Of a stretch of 25,147 nucleotides of DNA, positions 16,914-25,075 are shown one piece after another. A model generated the notes under the pieces. It made no database searches and had not been told where the DNA came from. It was given only the letters and a program-made list of their open reading frames with translations. The DNA comes from a virus. Taxonomy: Duplodnaviria; Caudoviricetes. The stretch covers positions 1 to 25,147 of IMG/VR virus record IMGVR_UViG_3300034101_002498; one strand, 5' to 3'. Each line of letters begins with the position of its first letter. Position 1 is the stretch's first letter. The position numbers were made by a program, and so were the translations under genes.

Positions 16914-18527
16914 TTAAACTAGCGCAATTAGCTCCTGAGCTGTCGTCGCTGCATGCGATTGTAATAGCAGAACATCATAAACATCAGTTCCGTCTATCGC
17001 CGCATATGCCGCCATCCGATTACCCTCTACTGCGGTCCCAGTTTGCACTAAATCGGTCGGCGTGTAGGGAGAAAGAACCCTGTTTTTTACATCGAATCTA
17101 AATATCTGATTCAAGGCAGATGCTGCGTAACGGTTCATATAAAACATGCGGCCTTCGTTTCCAAAAGGAGAATAGCATCCGCCAGTTCCTTGTGTTATAG
17201 AGACTGATCCATCATAAGTGATTGCACCCGTCCACGTTCCAGTAATGCTCCCTGCAATATCAAGAACATCAAGGGTTGCTGCTCCACCTCGGAAGAAATA
17301 GCAGAAACTATGCCGCGCGTTTCTGGCTGGATCCGGCTGGATACCGAACGACGGTGCCCACAATCCACCTGTTGCGTTTGCCGCTGGTGCTGCGCCAAAA
17401 TACGTAGTACTCCACGATCCTGCCGTGATGTTGTTGGTGCCGTTGTTTATAGTCGCATCGGTGTAGTTGTAGGTGTAAACCGTTGTCGTTGCCGATGATC
17501 GGAGGAGGAGGAGGTTAGGCAATTCGATGACGTATTTTGCACTAGACGACGGCTGTGTAGTCCATGCCGTCCCGAGAGTGTAAACTGCGGAAGGTCCAGC
17601 GGTATGCGAAGCTATTATCCTTCTTTGACCTACGGCTGCCGGAGTTACCGTATCCTGTACGATTCTAATCTGAAAATTTCTAAATTCGTTCGCTGCAACC
17701 ACCGCATCTCCGAGAGTCGCTTGCCCTGTGAGGCTCGAGGCTCCTGATGCTGTTGCGGTAAGAGCTTTTCTGGCCACGAGGTTCGTGTCATAGGTAAAGG
17801 CACCCTTAATCATCCCTTCGCCTGGCACACAATCAAAAGGCGTGTACTGCTCATCAAGGACCATCATTGAGGAGTCTGTGGCGATTGTGGCGGGAAGCCC
17901 CGTAGTGCTTAAACCCGTTGAAAGCGTGTTAGCTGCAACCTCAAAGGATCTCCAAATATTTGCGGCAACTGTTCCAGCTCCCAACATAAACACTCGACCC
18001 GCAAGGACCTCGTATCGTGCGCCGCTTGCTGGTGTAAAGCTGAACGCATTATCAACGCTTATACTCGGCGTTGTTCCCGCGCTATTACCTACGATATATC
18101 GCTCTTCGGTTTTTCCTGCGGTCGTATCAATTATTCGGAGCTTGTATCCGTACTCTCCCGAGCCTCCTCGGTTTGCAAGCATATTTACGCCAACCGCTGT
18201 AGCTAATGCGGTACTTAGGGTCACACGAGTAGTCGTGGCTCCGGCTGCGATTGTTCCAACTGCGCCAAAACTAGGAACAAAAGACACCGCCGCACCCGAT
18301 CCAAAAGTTCCCGCAAGTGCTGGCGATTGGACAAGAGTCCATGCCTTAGTTACAATGTTATAGCGGTTTAAAACCGTGTTGCTTACTAGTTGATATACAA
18401 AAGGATTTCTCGACAAATCCGATCGTAAATCTGATGCAATACACACACCCGCTGCATGTGCGTTTGGCGAAGGGGTTACCTGAGCCCATATGTTGCGATC
18501 GATCACTTTTTTAAATGTATTTGCCAT
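16914..18527 (-). CDS. Beta-rich accessory structural protein (Kelch/propeller-like repeats with two duplicated beta-sandwich-like inserts)
   Basis: Thr/Ala/Gly-rich; blade-like segments (LNRYNIVTKAW, WRSFEVAANTL, YFFRGGAATLDVLDIA...TW, IFRFDVKNRVL); two similar segments [LI]RI...RxI...A[FW]xxxPxSxAxY. Confidence 0.55.
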   Translation of the reverse strand: MANTFKKVIDRNIWAQVTPSPNAHAAGVCIASDLRSDLSRNPFVYQLVSNTVLNRYNIVTKAWTLVQSPALAGTFGSGAAVSFVPSFGAVGTIAAGATTTRVTLSTALATAVGVNMLANRGGSGEYGYKLRIIDTTAGKTEERYIVGNSAGTTPSISVDNAFSFTPASGARYEVLAGRVFMLGAGTVAANIWRSFEVAANTLSTGLSTTGLPATIATDSSMMVLDEQYTPFDCVPGEGMIKGAFTYDTNLVARKALTATASGASSLTGQATLGDAVVAANEFRNFQIRIVQDTVTPAAVGQRRIIASHTAGPSAVYTLGTAWTTQPSSSAKYVIELPNLLLLRSSATTTVYTYNYTDATINNGTNNITAGSWSTTYFGAAPAANATGGLWAPSFGIQPDPARNARHSFCYFFRGGAATLDVLDIAGSITGTWTGAITYDGSVSITQGTGGCYSPFGNEGRMFYMNRYAASALNQIFRFDVKNRVLSPYTPTDLVQTGTAVEGNRMAAYAAIDGTDVYDVLLLQSHAATTAQELIALV

Positions 18528-18536
18528 TTTTTACCC

Positions 18537-19097
18537 TTAAGAGATTCTAGATCTTACGCAATCAGCCCATGCGGAGAGATTCTGGCCTATCTGCCCAATT
18601 CTGCCCTGTATCCCATCAATCGTTGAAATGTTTGAAACGGTTGAAACGGTTGTAACGGCTGAAACGGTTGAAACGGTTGAAACGGTTGAAACGGTTGTAA
18701 CGGCTGTAACGGTTCCGGATTCGACTACAACTGTGGAGCGTTGCCGCTGGAGAGACTTATCGTACCCTCTAGGCGAATCGAGGAGCTGAAGAACCAAATT
18801 CATCAAATTACGAACGTTTTCAACTCTTAAAGTCAACGGGTCGGTTTCGGAGATTGTAACTGGCAATGAACTTGCAGCCGTTACTGGAATTGGAGTAGTT
18901 GTTGAAACGTCGGCAATTTTGACATTTAATGGGGTAGCGGTATCTACCGATACAGGCATGGGGTTAGAACTTGATACATCAACCGCAGATCCATCAACTC
19001 CAACCCCAATCTTAACGCGCTGGTGCAATACGCCGCCAATATCATCTGCTGCGACGGTCGCCCCCGTTCCAGGTGTGTATCCAACATTATCGGCCAT
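18537..19097 (-). CDS. Accessory structural/fibre-like protein with (TVS)n repeat
   Basis: 186 aa; MADNVGYTPGTGATVAADDIGG..QRVK N-terminus, SSSNPMPV / TTPIPV / SSLPV spacer repeats, TV[ST] tract; TAATG coupling to portal. Confidence 0.6.
   Translation of the reverse strand: MADNVGYTPGTGATVAADDIGGVLHQRVKIGVGVDGSAVDVSSSNPMPVSVDTATPLNVKIADVSTTTPIPVTAASSLPVTISETDPLTLRVENVRNLMNLVLQLLDSPRGYDKSLQRQRSTVVVESGTVTAVTTVSTVSTVSTVSAVTTVSTVSNISTIDGIQGRIGQIGQNLSAWADCVRSRIS
18633..18713. repeat. 9-bp tandem repeat x9 (TG[AT]AACGG[TC])
   Basis: Nine consecutive units encoding TVTAVTTVSTVSTVSTVSAVTTVSTVS on the minus strand. Confidence 0.95.
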
Positions 19098-21463
19098 TAG
19101 CTAATCCCTCTTATTTGTGCCATCACTTGCTCTACTTCGGGCAACAGTTCCTCTGCATCCTCAATGATGACCATTTTATTACCCATCTCATCAACGCCGA
19201 TTCTGCCTACGCGTTTTGTCTTTTTAGGGGCAATGGTTTTTAGCTGTGCAGCCTTATCAAGTTGCATTTTTAATTGTTCGCGTACATGCCGCAAGTCCTC
19301 GGCCCGTCGCTCTCGTTCGTCAGCTAGCGCGATTTCTTGCCGTTTTAAATCCTCTTCTACTAGTTGTTTTTGAGCTTTTAACTGCAATTCCGCTTCTGCA
19401 AATGCTTTTTTCTGTTCTAGCTCAATGAATCGGGTATCAACTTGAGGTTGCTGTTGTTGAGCTTGCATCTGCAACTCGGCATCAGCTCTTTGTTGTTCAG
19501 CGGCTTGCGCTTGCATTGCCTGTTCAGCCTGTTGAGCTTGCATTTGACGTTGCTGCTCTTCAATGGCTTTTTGCTCCTGTCGAGCTTTTTCCATTTCGCC
19601 CTCTACTTCGGTGAGAGCTTTTTCAAGTTTGCCCCTTACCTCACGGCCCGCCTCAAACTGGCTTGTGGTGTAAAGAGTTATCTCGTTAATGACTGGCATC
19701 AACTGAGGGATTGCCTGAGCGTGTGGAAGCAATACGTTGAATAAATTGCCTAGTGCATTAGTTAGGTCTATTGCAGATTGTTTTGCGGCTTCTTGGTCAG
19801 CAAAAGTAGTCGAATCTGTCTCAATATCAATGCGATAATCGCTCTGAGTATCGTTTCGTAGTAGGTCAATTACACCGCCTAAATACTCTTCTATTTCAGG
19901 GTCATTAGTAACGCCTGCCATCTTAATCATGGTCTGAGGCTGGAAGTGGTTTTTTACGATTTGCGCCATTAGTGCAACCACATCGCGGCAGAACTTGGCA
20001 ACTTTCCGCTGTCTTTCAGAGATACGACTCATCGCGTACTGAGTCTTGATTTGTTGCGCCCCTAAAGTCTCAGAAGCACGAGAAGTACCGCGCACAATGT
20101 CCGAAATACCCGTAATATCGTAAATCTGCTGCTTTTCTTGCTCCATCGCGTCGTGCAGGACTCGTAGAATCGCTGCATGGTCGGCCATCGAGAGTACTTC
20201 CAAGGCGCTTTTTACGCCGCCCTGTTGGAGGTACATCTGAAAGTTAGATAGCTGAATGTGTGTGCCGTTTGGCTTTCTTAATATATTATCTAGCTCTGGG
20301 TTTTCGCTTCCCGAGATAGAAACAACCTTAATGTATCTCGCGATATCTTGGGCTTTCTGGCAGAGCTGATTAAGGGTCTCTTGCTGGTCTTGGTAGAAAC
20401 AGATATCGGGTCTTGGGATAAGTCCCGTGGTGAGCGTCGCAAAGAGGGGCTCAGGGCAGGGGAAGAACTCGTCAAAGGTAAGATAAGGCTCGTCCTCTTT
20501 TAAGGTCTCATTGTGGCCTTCTGCTAACCAATAGACCTTGTTAGAGTCCTTACACCAAACCTCGTACACGCAGATACGGTTCTTATTTATTTCCTTCTCG
20601 CCTTCTTCCTGCGACGCTTCCTCCGAGTTGCGATAAGTAGTGTAAGCATCTTCCCCGAATTTCTCCTTAAACTCTTTCTTAGTTATATGGGTCTTTCGGG
20701 CTACTTTTCGAACTTCCGCCCATGTTCTTGCTGGTTCAAACAGCAGATCCGACCAATGGATGTAATCAACTACGCATTTCTCATCTAGGAGCGTTTCAAC
20801 GGGCTCCCCGTCAACGTAGTACCCTTCGTCGTCCTGTTTAACAAGGCTGGGGTCTACAGGTTGGCCCATCTCATCAACGTACTGCTCAGGGGCTTCACCC
20901 ATTTTGGGAGCTTCTTGGCCTTCCATTTCGCCGCCCATCTCCATACCCATCTCAGGCATAGGAGGCATCCCTTCCATCGGAGGCATACCAGGCATTTGGC
21001 CCATCATCGGGGCAGGGGCTACCTCTTGGACTCGAATCTTAGGAGTCTCTACGCCTATCTTTGGCTCGTAACGTACCCATAGGGCACCTTGGCCTACAAC
21101 GAGGTAATCATCAACGGCTCTCGATACGGCAGCATCAAACCCCGACACTTCCACCTGGAAACGTGTGCAACGCTCTAGAATCTGGCTTCCTAAACGCGCT
21201 GTAACGTCCCGAGTAGGGTATCGCCTGAATATCTCTGGCTTAGGAGGTTGAGCGTAAAGAGCGGGTTTTAGAGTATTAACAATCGACCAAAATACGTTTA
21301 ATTGTGCAGGTCTTTCGCAGTATTGACTAAAATCTTCACCGGCATAAAGCTGCTCACTGCGCCTTGCCATCTCGTAGTAACGGTCACGCGCCTTTTTCCA
21401 CCGTCGTATCTCGGTGTGCAGGGGATGCTCTTTGTCTTTGTCGTCGCTTTCGTACTCAGCCAT
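19097..21463 (-). CDS. Portal protein (P22-like, long C-terminal coiled-coil barrel)
   Basis: 788 aa after terminase; NVFWSIVNTLKPALYAQPPKP, GQGALWVRY, ARTWAEV, FFPCPEPL, IYDITGISDIVRG...ETLGAQQIK and YRIDIETDST motifs; Gln/Ala-rich C-terminus. Confidence 0.9.
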   Translation of the reverse strand: MAEYESDDKDKEHPLHTEIRRWKKARDRYYEMARRSEQLYAGEDFSQYCERPAQLNVFWSIVNTLKPALYAQPPKPEIFRRYPTRDVTARLGSQILERCTRFQVEVSGFDAAVSRAVDDYLVVGQGALWVRYEPKIGVETPKIRVQEVAPAPMMGQMPGMPPMEGMPPMPEMGMEMGGEMEGQEAPKMGEAPEQYVDEMGQPVDPSLVKQDDEGYYVDGEPVETLLDEKCVVDYIHWSDLLFEPARTWAEVRKVARKTHITKKEFKEKFGEDAYTTYRNSEEASQEEGEKEINKNRICVYEVWCKDSNKVYWLAEGHNETLKEDEPYLTFDEFFPCPEPLFATLTTGLIPRPDICFYQDQQETLNQLCQKAQDIARYIKVVSISGSENPELDNILRKPNGTHIQLSNFQMYLQQGGVKSALEVLSMADHAAILRVLHDAMEQEKQQIYDITGISDIVRGTSRASETLGAQQIKTQYAMSRISERQRKVAKFCRDVVALMAQIVKNHFQPQTMIKMAGVTNDPEIEEYLGGVIDLLRNDTQSDYRIDIETDSTTFADQEAAKQSAIDLTNALGNLFNVLLPHAQAIPQLMPVINEITLYTTSQFEAGREVRGKLEKALTEVEGEMEKARQEQKAIEEQQRQMQAQQAEQAMQAQAAEQQRADAELQMQAQQQQPQVDTRFIELEQKKAFAEAELQLKAQKQLVEEDLKRQEIALADERERRAEDLRHVREQLKMQLDKAAQLKTIAPKKTKRVGRIGVDEMGNKMVIIEDAEELLPEVEQVMAQIRGIS

Positions 21464-21546
21464 CCCGCTTTAACCCCTACATAGAGAATCTCTCACTTAA
21501 CCACATGCGATAAGGGTATCCGATATCGCCTTAAATTGAAAAGAGC

Positions 21547-24126
21547 TTAAATCCGCCACCGATTACTCACATCGTCCACCGCTTCCACCAAGTCCGAATA
21601 GGTCATCGCGTTCGGGTCTCGGCGCTTCTTCTTGTCAAAACGGGGAATAACTGGCCATTGCATTGCTATGTAGCGAAGTACGTCCGCTAAATGGTCAGCT
21701 CCTTGCGTATCTACGTCCTCTGGCCTTCTATCGTCGTGCTGAAGCATCGGAAAGGTTCTAAGCAGGTGCTTACAGTTGCGAGTAAACAGCAAACTTTTCT
21801 CCCTCAACCTCATCCGTATCTGGTTCCACCCCGGAATTCTCGACTTATCGCTTCTTGAGAAGTAAACCCCCGCAATTGCCAACGCATCGGCGATACTTTG
21901 GCCCCCGTGGTTCTCAAATATCTGATTATCCGCCGGCCCTGGCTCAATTCTTCTCTTAATGGTCGATTCTCGCTCAGTAATCCCGTCTCGAATGTCAACA
22001 AGGGACATTTTTAAGCCCTCATCTTTATCATTTCCCCCGTACCATTCTCTCAAAATGACAATCGAGCCCTTTTTGATGCCTCTCCAGTCCTCTCCGGCAT
22101 AGGTGTACCAGAGCACCGCAAACGGGTGATAAGTCCCGTGGTCGTAGGCCCGATAAATCTTCCAGTGATTCGGGATGTCGTCAGGGTCAATCGCATCAAT
22201 AACATGCTCTTGGCTAAACTCAGGAAAGTAAGCCCCCGCTACAACGTCCCAATCCCCATGCAACCACGCCCGAACCATCTCAGGGCTCCCAATCTCGTGA
22301 AGCCTTTGAACGTAAGTCGGGTCGGCCTTCATCAGAATCTGGTTGTCCGTAACTCTAGAAGGGATGAACATCCTATGAAGTCCGGTGTCTTGCTCTAGGA
22401 GCTTGTAACCCATCGGGTTCTCGGCTATCCCATAACGCGCCTTTACCCATCCGTGGCCCACGCCTCCCGGGTTCGCAGTTAATCGCAACCGTTTATGAGG
22501 CACATCGTGGGGGCTTCTCAAACAAGCAATCATCTGAGTGAACCCCTCATCGGTGGCAAAGTTACCGACCTCATCGAAGCCCAACCACGTTAAGTTAAAA
22601 CCCTGATAATTGGTCGCATCCCTTGCATGCGCCATGTACCTTAAATAAAGTTTAGCCCCATTAGGCCATTTCCAAACCTTCTCATTCGCATTATAAGAAG
22701 CACCGGATTGAGGGTAAAACTCGAAACTTTGCCGAATCACCTCCTCTAGTTCTGGGTAAGTCCTACGGAAGAGCATCCCAACCCAGTGCTGCTTATAAAC
22801 CGAAACATCACTTACAAAATCCCCTAAAAGAGCGGCAGTGTTGTGCGTTGGGATAAAACTCCTTGTCACCAAAAACGTATGACTTGGAGAATCCACCGTT
22901 AAACATTGCGTCCAAACCGAATCTATCGCCTCAATATTTGTTATGTAATGCCATTTTTGAGTCTCCCTTAAAACTTTAGGCAATCTTTGACTTTTTCTAA
23001 ATAGCCTAAAAACAGGTAGGGCAGTAGTCGCTTTTACAATCCAAGCTAGTTTCCCCTCTACAGGCCCATTCTTCCCGTTCGTACAAATTGGTTTTTTTGA
23101 CGTGATAAATGGCTTTACCCCTAAGCTAGCTAATAACTCAAAAACCCCTCTAGATAAGCCTTCATTCGTATTGCAAAACTCAATTTGCCCATCCGACATA
23201 CAACTGCCGTCAGTATCAAACAACCCCTGCAATAATTCTAACCGTTGTTGTGGCGATGAATGAAGATATTTTTCAGGGATATGCTTTAAATCAGCAACTC
23301 CAAGTTCCTTAAGTTCAGTAATAAAAGGGCGGTCTCGTTCAATTTTATAAGTTATATCATCATAGGTAGCCCGTTCGACGCTGTATCCACAAGAAAAAAG
23401 TTCTTTTGTTAATTCCTGAGAGTCTTCCTTCCCAATGGTAATTCGACCACTATCTCGACTCCCATCACCTAACCAAACCCCTAACACGTAGGGAGGAATC
23501 GGCAAATCTCTTTCCGGCTGGTCAACGGTTCCAGCTAACTTAATTGCATGATTTACTTCTCGCCCGTTTTGAACTTTTAACGTCTCAAAAAGCTCCTGGG
23601 TATCCCGCATTGTCCCAGTATTCGGCTCTTTGTACTGGTATTCTCGCGCCTTATTTAGCTCGGTAACCTTTTTTTGGCTCCCCGCATTTTTAGGGTCACT
23701 TTTAGCCCGGGAAGGACGGTTTTCTCTTCGCTTTGCACGGTATTCATCAGTGCACTTATGATTAGATACTCGTTCAGCTTTTGAATAGGTAATCCAGCGA
23801 TGCACATCGTCGGCGACAATTTGCTGGCCATTGTCAAACGTCAATAGATAGCACTGCCTTAAAGTCGGCTCGCTCTTAAAAGTAACGGTCGTTGGCTTGC
23901 CATCAGCGTCAAAAATCACATCTCCAACTTTGAGATCGCCAACAGTAGACCACCCGTAAGTAGTTAAAACCTCTGTAGAAAGTTTCAGGCCTTTTCCACC
24001 ACCTCTCGCTCCGCCGAACAATATCTCAGGAACACTCTTGTATTTAAGCAAGTCCTCTTGAGGCCCCTTCTGAGGGAACCATACAAGTTTAGAGGCCCGC
24101 CTTAATATCTCGTCGCTTCCGTCCAT
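21547..24126 (-). CDS. terL: Terminase large subunit, intein-containing (likely start ATG at 24126, not GTG at 24177)
   Basis: Q motif PQKGPQ, Walker A GGARGGGK|T (split by the intein), FRRTYPEL, Walker B WLGFDE, coupling motif TANPGG, nuclease AYDHG...DHLADVLRY; GGGG 5 nt upstream of ATG 24126. Spliced product 475 aa. Confidence 0.95.
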   Translation of the reverse strand: MDGSDEILRRASKLVWFPQKGPQEDLLKYKSVPEILFGGARGGGKGLKLSTEVLTTYGWSTVGDLKVGDVIFDADGKPTTVTFKSEPTLRQCYLLTFDNGQQIVADDVHRWITYSKAERVSNHKCTDEYRAKRRENRPSRAKSDPKNAGSQKKVTELNKAREYQYKEPNTGTMRDTQELFETLKVQNGREVNHAIKLAGTVDQPERDLPIPPYVLGVWLGDGSRDSGRITIGKEDSQELTKELFSCGYSVERATYDDITYKIERDRPFITELKELGVADLKHIPEKYLHSSPQQRLELLQGLFDTDGSCMSDGQIEFCNTNEGLSRGVFELLASLGVKPFITSKKPICTNGKNGPVEGKLAWIVKATTALPVFRLFRKSQRLPKVLRETQKWHYITNIEAIDSVWTQCLTVDSPSHTFLVTRSFIPTHNTAALLGDFVSDVSVYKQHWVGMLFRRTYPELEEVIRQSFEFYPQSGASYNANEKVWKWPNGAKLYLRYMAHARDATNYQGFNLTWLGFDEVGNFATDEGFTQMIACLRSPHDVPHKRLRLTANPGGVGHGWVKARYGIAENPMGYKLLEQDTGLHRMFIPSRVTDNQILMKADPTYVQRLHEIGSPEMVRAWLHGDWDVVAGAYFPEFSQEHVIDAIDPDDIPNHWKIYRAYDHGTYHPFAVLWYTYAGEDWRGIKKGSIVILREWYGGNDKDEGLKMSLVDIRDGITERESTIKRRIEPGPADNQIFENHGGQSIADALAIAGVYFSRSDKSRIPGWNQIRMRLREKSLLFTRNCKHLLRTFPMLQHDDRRPEDVDTQGADHLADVLRYIAMQWPVIPRFDKKKRRDPNAMTYSDLVEAVDDVSNRWRI
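22840..23991 (-). mobile_element. Intein (384 aa, class-3 signature) with LAGLIDADG homing endonuclease, inserted in the TerL P-loop
   Basis: Block A GLKLSTEVLTTYGW...LKVGD; block B ADDVHRW; block C YVLGVWLGDG; block E LLQGLFDTDG; block H FELLASLGV; block F TQCLTVDSPSHTFLV; block G IPTHN|T. Confidence 0.93.
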
Positions 24127-24312
24127 AGAGCCCCATAAATGGCCTGTAGTGCAATGGTGATGGATACAGGATAGCACAGGTATCGGGTATCGGCGCTAGT
24201 GCCTATCAGGAGGTAGAGGGGCTTTAGAGAGGGAGGTGGATGAGACTCTTTGGGGTTTGATGGGGGGTGGGGTCCCGGGGGGGGCAGTTGTTAAGGGATG
24301 CTTAAGAGCTGG

Positions 24313-24367
24313 AAAAAAGAAGCCTTAAAGAGAGTCGAATCTTGGCGGAAACTCTCTCTTTAAGGCT
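24313..24367 (-). terminator. Terminator-like inverted repeat between terS and terL
   Basis: Perfect 14-bp IR AGCCTTAAAGAGAG (24321-24334) / CTCTCTTTAAGGCT (24354-24367), 19-nt loop, followed on the minus strand by TCTTTTTT. Confidence 0.6.
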
Positions 24368-24415
24368 CTATGAAGCGCGCATCTCTTAGTTGAGATCCTC
24401 TTCGTTCGTGTCGCC

Positions 24416-24446
24416 ATGATAGCTGGATTGAGGGGTCAGTTGTCAA
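24416..24446 (-). promoter_or_regulatory. Possible sigma70-type promoter with long (19-bp) spacer
   Basis: TTGACA (24446-24441) - 19 nt - TATCAT (24421-24416) on the minus strand. Confidence 0.35.
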
Positions 24447-24696
24447 GGAATACTTGATAGGTGGAAGAGGCTTTGGGTAAATTTGCTTGGGGGGGAGGGG
24501 TGGCTTGATGGGAAATTCGTTTAGGGACGAGGGGTGGCTTACAACGGGCGTCTCCCCAGTGGGCTGGAAGTGCCTGCCGTTTTGCATCCGGAGGCGGAGG
24601 GTGGGGGGGGGGTCGAATCGGCGGAGAGAAGGCAAGTAGGCGAAAAAGCGGAAGAAAAGCACCTAGTCAGGTGGAAGGTTGAGGTCAGGTTGGAGA

Positions 24697-25050
24697 CTAT
24701 TGAGGTTCGGAGTCGACTCGGATATCTGCGATAGCCTGAAACAAGTCATCACTCGTGCGGAGTTTCCTAGGGACCGATAATTGGTGATTATCGGACACTA
24801 GAACCGGGGAAGTGGATTCAATCCTGCGGCGCTCCGATTCTGCTCTGATTTCATCTAGCGTGATAGCTTCGGGAGCAACAGCACAAAGCTGGATATCTAC
24901 GTGTCTAACCGTTTCGCGGTCACCGTAGACCCAAGACAGCACTTCTTTCGCAGCTGCAACCTTATCTCTCGCGGTGCCATCTTTGAGCACATCGCGTAGT
25001 GCATCAATTGCCTCTGGTACTAAGTGCTCGAGCCGTAATCTAATTGTCAT
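24697..25050 (-). CDS. Putative terminase small subunit
   Basis: 117 aa helical protein EAIDALRDVLKDG...KVAAAKEVLSWVYG, a pattern resembling TerS oligomerisation helices; nearest credible gene upstream of terL. Confidence 0.55.
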   Translation of the reverse strand: MTIRLRLEHLVPEAIDALRDVLKDGTARDKVAAAKEVLSWVYGDRETVRHVDIQLCAVAPEAITLDEIRAESERRRIESTSPVLVSDNHQLSVPRKLRTSDDLFQAIADIRVDSEPQ

Positions 25051-25075
25051 AGTTGAGTCCGTGGTTTTCGCAGTC

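Noticed and set aside
12262-18363. Longer plus-strand ORFs (e.g. 12262..12687, 13798..14274, 17842..18363)
   Set aside because: Antisense shadows of well-supported minus-strand structural genes.
18633-18713. CRISPR-like array
   Set aside because: Contiguous 9-bp units without spacers, inside a coding frame; the 24461-24540 and 25076-25147 repeats also lack repeat-spacer structure.
24127-24177. GTG-initiated N-terminal extension of TerL (MLSCIHHHCTTGHLWGS)
   Set aside because: No RBS, and it overlaps the putative promoter motif; ATG 24126 has a GGGG RBS.
24325-24415. tRNA gene suggested by a TTCGA T-loop-like motif
   Set aside because: No cloverleaf, acceptor stem or anticodon arm could be built.
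24360-24734. Track ORFs 24360..24662 (-) and 24534..24734 (+)
   Set aside because: Pro- or Gly-rich translations of C/G homopolymer tracts, with no motif support.
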